NCBI GenBank assembly: GCA_964016885.1
Contig: OZ024748.1
Coordinates: 54,994,001-55,058,000, forward strand
Reading direction: 5' to 3'
DNA from: Eledone cirrhosa
Taxonomy: Eukaryota
Length of the DNA stretch: 64,000 nucleotides
This document shows positions 57,200 to 64,000 of this stretch, piece by piece. Both the position numbers and the translations under genes were made by a program. The notes beneath the pieces were generated by a model. It did not search any database. It had not been told where the DNA came from and saw only the letters and a program-made list of their open reading frames with translations. Within the stretch, counting starts at the first letter, position 1, and each line of letters begins with the position of its first letter.

Positions 57200-57720
57200 A
57201 CGTCAGTTATTTTAAATTAGCCCTGATCTATTTCAAGAGTACGAAGTTAATTCTGATTAAAGATGTTTGCATCGCAGCAATTTTTTCTTTTACACAGATA
57301 TTCAAAGCTTCCAAATATAATTTTGTTGGTTGTAGCTTTTGCAAACTGAAAGATTTGCAATTTCATGTACAATATTATGTTTCTGGATATGAAATCTCCA
57401 AGTAACTTTGGATAAATTTGTGTATGAATTTCTGGTTGCAGTTATAAGGGTGTATCTAGGTTAATTGTTTGAAAGGGTCACCGTTTTACTGATATTATTT
57501 TTGTCATTTGAACCATTGTTTTCGGACAGCTTTGTGCTATATCAAATAAACCTAACTAAATATTTAATTTAGAGAACATATTATTGCATTAATGCAATTG
57601 TATTTGATAGTGCCAGTAGAAATTGTGGAATGTGAAAGCTTTTTTATGTTAATGTTATATGACGATGTGAAAATCTCACTAGCAGAATATCTGAATTTAA
57701 TATAATTTCTGATAAACCTC
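57200..57720 (+). pseudogene. Possible hAT transposase C-terminal (dimerisation domain) relic
   Basis: HIIALMQLYLIVPVEIVECESFF resembles the hAT L.iPvs.aeCER.FS motif. Confidence 0.35.
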
Positions 57721-58507
57721 TTACTGTAGGATTGTATTTTTGGAAGGTGCTGTTCTTCCAACATCAAAAAGCTTTTCGATATGCATGTGCATACACCTAA
57801 CATAAAAGCCGTATAATACTTACATTTTCCAAACTTGAAGTTATTGATGTTGTTGCGGTAAGTAATAAATATTATCCTTAAAATCTCCATTTCTTAAGAC
57901 AATATTGTAATAATTTGCAAACATATTGAAAGGATGTTCATCGCTTGAAATGGTAGAGAAAAATCCTTATTCTTTACAACATTGTTTAATATAAAGGATG
58001 AGTGACTCGATACGTTTGATTTAGTATAGTTTACCGATTATATTAGTAAGAGTTTCTTTACAGGGTGTTTATACCCAAGGTAGTTTCACCCAAGGAAGGA
58101 CCAACGAAGGCTTATAAGAAACAAACAATAAGAAAGAAAAGGAATAGAAACAAAATAAGTAACGTCATGGTGCATAAGTATGAATTAGATATTACATTCA
58201 TAAAAGGAACGTTATGTCGAAATATTATAAGGAAAGCAATTATTTATAATGAAAATAAATGAATAAATATATATGGCGTTCATATCTCAATCGTGCGTTA
58301 AATTCTCTGCGTCACGTTCTGTTCTTGAGCAAGACACTTTATCTCACGTTGATGTAGTACAAAATGAGCTGGTCTCGCGCAGAATTGACCTGAGATCTAC
58401 GTCATAGCTTCGTGTATCTGCGGAATACTCGACCATTACATGTCAATTTCACGAGAAGTGTATTCCGTTCTTCGAACAAGTAGAAGACTACAACATAGAC
58501 ACACAGA

Positions 58508-58585
<78 letters not shown>

Positions 58586-58748
58586 CGTGTGTGTATGTGT
58601 GTGTGTGTGAGTCCTGAGTTCAATGGAGGTAATCACAGTAAGGTACTTAATACATATATATATTTATATATGCATACACACACATAGTGTGTGTGTATAT
58701 ATATATATATGCACATACACACATATGCACAGACACACATATGCACAT

Positions 58749-58783
<35 letters not shown>

Positions 58784-59269
58784 CTGTGAGAGAGAGAAAA
58801 AGAGAGGGGGAGAAACAGAAGGAGGCAAAGTGTGAAATTTCTGTTGTGTAAGTGGCCTTTTGTGCCACTGTGCTCGAATGTGCGTGCGAGCGTGTGTGTG
58901 TGTGTGTGTGTATATGTATGTGTGCGACGACAGCCACTGACAACCTGGAAATAAACAGTCTAAACATCTGTATCCGGTTTAATCAACGTGCCTGTCCTAT
59001 TTGCAATAGGACACTGTTAAAGCTTTCAGCATATGCAACCGAAACCAGGCTACACTGATACATATTACGCACAATAGTAATACTTTTGTACACACAAACA
59101 TTCCCCAAAATACGCTTTACATACAACTACGAATACATTATTTTCATTGTGATTACGCGTGCGTGCGTACACACGCACTCACACACACGCGTATCAACCC
59201 TCACACAGGGCGAGAGAGAAAGTGATGGAAAAGAAAAGGAAAGACAGGCTGTAAGACGATCGTGAATAG

Positions 59270-59700
59270 CAGCGGTTGAAACGGGGTTCCTTCGAAGGGT
59301 CTATGTAGTAAGGTAACTCGACAGAGTGCGAGGCAGTGAGATCAGAGAGTCGCTTCAGGTAGAGTCACTAATTCTCTACCGATTGAGAGATCATAGCTCC
59401 AATCCTACTGAAATATGGTTAGAATGTCCCAGGAGGGAATTGCTGGGCTGATTTTACAGCTAAAACCAACCAGCAAGAGACTCAGGAGCAGACACCGAGT
59501 AAGATGTTTGGATAACACCCTTGAGGTCAGCTGGTCTTGCTTGGGGATCTAACCGGATCAATTGTAGACAGCTACTTCTGACAGAACCGCTGGAGGGAGT
59601 GTTTCAGGACTTAGCCCCCACGAACAGCCATTGAAGAAGAAAAAGAAGAAAAAGAAGAAAAAGAAGAAAAAGAAGAAAAAGAAGAAAATGAAGAAGAAGG
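59270..59700 (+). mobile_element. RTE-clade LINE 3' fragment with (GAAGAAAAA)n tail
   Basis: AVETGFLRRV..LDRVRGSEIRESLQVE..MVRMSQE..KPTSKR. Confidence 0.7.
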
Positions 59701-60267
59701 TTTGGAAGAGCGGGACAGAGAATGTATGTATAATGACCAAGTAATTACAATTCTAGACTGGTTATTCATAGGAAGCTTATGATGTTATGATTTAAACTTC
59801 AGACTATGTTTCAGACATCAGAATACATCAGTCAGCATTTATGAAATACATAATGTTCAAAACCAAATCCTTATTCATAATGGTGGATGTCCAACACACA
59901 ATATGCCTAGAGCTACATCATCAAAAGCAACAATCAAATGTTTGTTTTTTCAGAAATTAAGATGTAATATGAAAGAGATTTGGCAGTTCATTCTAGCAGA
60001 TTGAGAGACCATGTAAAGACTCTCACATTTTCTCGTAAGATTTATCGTTATAAAATGGCGCCTTCATAAATTGTGTAGTTGCGAGCGGTTGTAAATTTCT
60101 AAAGTGACAAACGAAACAAACGCAATAGCACACCAACAAAAGTAAACATGAAGTCAATTTGACGCGATAACGCTCAAACATGATTTCAACTACCCTTATC
60201 AGATGTCCAGGCAAACAACCAGATGACACCAACGTTCAATAAGCCAGTCTATGATTATATTATTAGA

Positions 60268-60400
60268 TGGTGGATTGACAGCATTACTCGAGCGTCCAGC
60301 AAAACATCAGCGGTATTCAGTTACAGCCGGAGCTCAAATTCTACTACGGTAATCTTTGCCTTTCATATCTAGGCGAAGAAGTCGATAAAATAAAGAATTA
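60268..60400 (+). mobile_element. SINE family A (old)
   Basis: ggtggattgacagc...ctttgcctttcat...gtcgataaaataaag. Confidence 0.6.
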
Positions 60401-61944
60401 TTCAACCAATGGGCTCGTGTTAAATTCAATATATAACATTCTAGATTTAAATTGAATTATAATAGAAGAAAAGGTAAGATCCAAAATATATTGACGCGGT
60501 AGTGTTACTGAACGTAGATGAATGACTTACTTATCTAAAAACCGTACTGAGTCTTAGGTTTGGAAATAATGAATCGCTTGTTCTCTCTTTAAAAGCTTTT
60601 CTTTAAGATACCAATTTAAAGCCCCCAGGATTATATAATCGAAAGCTATATATATACTAGCTTTCAATTCGATGTAATATATATATGTGTGTGTATATAT
60701 GTATATATATATATGTGTATATGTATATGTATATATATGTATATATATACATATATACACACACACACATATAAATATATATATATATATATATATACAT
60801 ACACACGTATATATACACCTACACACACACATATATATATACACACACACATATACATACATATATATATATAATAATACATATATATGTATGTATGTAT
60901 ATATGTGTGTGTGTGTATATATATGTGTATATATATGTGTATATATATGTGTATATATATATGTGTATATATATATGTGTATATATATATATGTGTGTGT
61001 ATGTATGTATATATATGAATTGAGAAGGTGAGAGAGAGGGAAAGAAAGCGAGGGTGACAGAAAAGGATTTAAAGTCAAAAGAGTGAATGATATTTAATAC
61101 TAAAGAGAAATAAAGAAATTACAGCGAAAAATGTAATCTGAACGTAATGCAAAATGCACAGCTGAAATGTGGTTAACTTTCACATACATTCAAACACACA
61201 CATGCACGCTTATATATATACACACACACACTGCCATTCAAACAGAAAAACACACATGTATACGCACATATGCATATACATATTTACATATGCACACAAA
61301 CACACATAAAAAACATTAACTTTCACTTAAAACCAGTCCTCCCTCGCGTTTCATTTTCCATTTCATTTTTTTTTATGTTTTGAGGATTTTATTTAAAGTT
61401 GGGATTTGTTTGTTTTTGTTATTGTTTCAGTTACTCAATAAAGCGTCATCTGTTGCATGGTTATTTCATATACCTTATTTTCCTATTCCACTTTAAACCT
61501 ATTATATAATAGAAATTTCTTATTTTTTCTCATACAGATAACATCATAGTGACATGTTTAATAATAATGAATCAGCAGTAACAGCAGCAGCATCATGGTC
61601 GTTATAAGGCTAGTAATCAATATTATTATCTAGACTGGCAAACAATACAAACGCACACAACTATGCTAAGATATATTACATGAAAAAGTATTTAACTTAT
61701 ATTGACAAGATGTTAATTTTACATATATACCTTTCACGTCCACTAGAGCGACTTTGTTGCATGCATGCATGGTTCCGTAACTACTGAAAGAGTCGTAGAG
61801 GCGCCATATTTGCAGACGATGTTTCTAGGAATTTTAAAACCTAGCGGAACCCATCTACTCTCCAGGTCTGAATACAGCTGATTTCTTCCAGTGAAAGATA
61901 GAGAGTGAGAGAATGGAAATGAAAAGAAATATAGAAGAAGAATA

Positions 61945-62102
61945 GATCCCAGTACTTGACCGCTACGTTTTCGTATCGACTTCGAATGGATGAATGGCAA
62001 AGTTGACCTCATCGGGATTTGAATTGAGTTAGCAGATATTCCAACCGAATACTGCAAGGCATTTTCTCCGACGTTCTAACCACTCTGCCAATTTACCGCC
62101 TT
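61945..62102 (-). mobile_element. SINE family A (old)
   Basis: ggatgaatggcaaagttgacctcatcgggatttgaa...ctgccaatttaccgcc. Confidence 0.7.
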
Positions 62103-62218
62103 AGTCACCTCTTTACCAACTGTTAAATACTTAACTAACTTTATCGCAGCTCGCCTCTTTGAGCGACATGGAATCTCGGGTGATGTATAGGACGACGATA
62201 GACATTTAGCATCTAGAA

Positions 62219-62531
62219 CAGGCATGGACAACCTTTTTCGAGAAGCGGGCCGCATGAGACATAGCTCATCAGCTATGAGCATGAGACAGCTCATCAGGCG
62301 GGCCACAGGCACTAATTTACATTCGTGCCCACATTAAAAAAAGGGCGGTAACTCAGATTATTTTGATTTTTTTCTTCAGAATTCGTACATGTTGTTTTTC
62401 TCGATCGTAAAAATGATGCAAAGATAAATTACGACTAAAGAGTTAAGGTAAAAAAAATCAGAAATATTTCCCTTAGGTGACTTAGGCGAGCCATTCAGAA
62501 AGCCTTGCGGACTTCAGGTTGCCCATGACTG
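62219..62531. mobile_element. Complete hAT (Charlie-like) MITE
   Basis: TIRs caggcatggacaacct / aggttgcccatgactg; 8-bp TSD atctagaa/acctagaa. Confidence 0.85.
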
Positions 62532-62679
62532 ACCTAGAATGTGACCAGGCTCTCACTACACTATCCAGTCAATGAAATATCATTTCACCTGGTCAGTACA
62601 ATTTCAATGTCATCTGGTCAGTACAATTTCAATGTCATCTGGTCAGTGAAGTATCAATTCATGCATACTACGATGGTAT

Positions 62680-63200
62680 AATTGAGGATATGAGCAATGA
62701 TGACCTGGAAACTATTCTGGACAATGCCGAGGATATACTTAGTAGCTTCCCCTGGAAGATTTTTAGGTCTATTATTATAGACAATTTCCAAATGTTTTTG
62801 ATATGATAGGTTATAGAACTCATTGACTGTTCAAGTGAACGAATCTCCATGCAGCGTACCATATGATGAAACCACACAGAACGGACACATTCGGTCTCCA
62901 TGAATTACTGAATTGTAGATTTATTTCAATAAGCTGTTATCACGCGTGTGGCGGAACCGGCTGTCAACCGAGTCTATCATGTAGATCAAACTAATGCATT
63001 CTTTTGGAATAACAGTATAGGTAGTCTTGTGTCTAGTGTCTACGGGTAAGGAAGTTATATGGCGGTCGAGCTTGAAAGACCTGAGTATAGAACTTTTCTT
63101 CTTAGCACAAGCGCCGCTCTTAAATTCCTTCAAGTACCACTTGAAGAGGAAAACCAAGTTTGATAGGAAGATGCTACTCTCCTAGTAATTGTATAGAATG
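62680..63200 (+). mobile_element. Possible Tx1/L1-clade ORF2 C-terminal relic
   Basis: Fragments CLVSTGKEVIWRSSLK and FKYHLKRK resemble the AK..IW..R tail of L1/Tx1 ORF2. Confidence 0.4.
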
Positions 63201-64000
63201 GTGGTGAGGATGGTGATAATGTGTGACGAAGTAGGACCACATTAACCAACCAACTGTAGGCTAAAGGCGGAATCTGAGAAAAGGCACCGCCTTGGTGTGT
63301 CAGTTTGACCCAGAGTCACGTTTGGTGCGACTCAAATCACTCTATGTGGTTGCTACCCCCCACTAATTTATGGATGCTTATCTTGTTCTTATTCTGTTCA
63401 ATTAATTCTTATCTATGTATTAATGTGTTCTTATATTACCCCCATATCCGATGCTAATCCACCGCAGTTTCTATTAACGGCTTTCTTTGTATTTTCAATT
63501 CCTATTACTTGCTGCCCTTCGGTCTCCAGCGGCCAATAAAATATATTATTACGTTACAGCTCTTGAGGCTGTAATTCAAGTCGCAATTTTCAGTTTTACC
63601 ATCAGTTGAAACCCAGAGAGTAGTTGGAACACCATCTTCACCCTCGTTTCCAGAAAAGGCCTATATCAATCAGTAGAAGTATCCTTTGCATTTATGATGA
63701 GCATAAGAAGAGAGAGGAAACACAAAAATGGGATACAGTCGCAAAAACTAGCAACAACAAAATTAACAACACCTAAACCGAAGAGTGAGCTTCGAGATAA
63801 TCTCGGCAAAGTGAGGGAGAAATACCTTTTTTGGGACATCATCATGGTGAATCTAAGCCCTTCGATTTAGAACTGTGATGCAGAGTACGATAAACGATGC
63901 GAGTCTTAGATTCAAGTTTATAAAGTATTTAATCACTCGAATGATAAAGTGACAACAGCATGGTAACTGAGCCGAACATACATACATACATACACATATA

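Overview
AT-rich, non-coding eukaryotic DNA dominated by microsatellites ((TA)n, (CA)n, (TAG)n, (GAT)n), minisatellites and transposon relics. The SINE family and repeat landscape suggest an octopus/cephalopod genome (inference). No intact host gene is supported, and nearly all long ORFs in the track are simple-repeat artefacts. Recognisable relics are about 25 tRNA-derived SINE copies, RTE, CRE and Tx1/L1 non-LTR fragments, one or two hAT transposase pseudogenes, and hAT and Tc1/mariner MITEs. The main signal is a dense set of short Penelope-like element (PLE) ends, mostly embedded in (TA)n tracts. They carry minimal type I hammerhead ribozymes (about 8 complete or near-complete motifs plus several remnants, from several distinct families) and often form long fold-back hairpins whose inversion junctions fall in the ribozyme core. 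One copy is linked to a GIY-YIG endonuclease C-terminus, which ties the ribozymes to PLEs. All folds and translations were read by eye.
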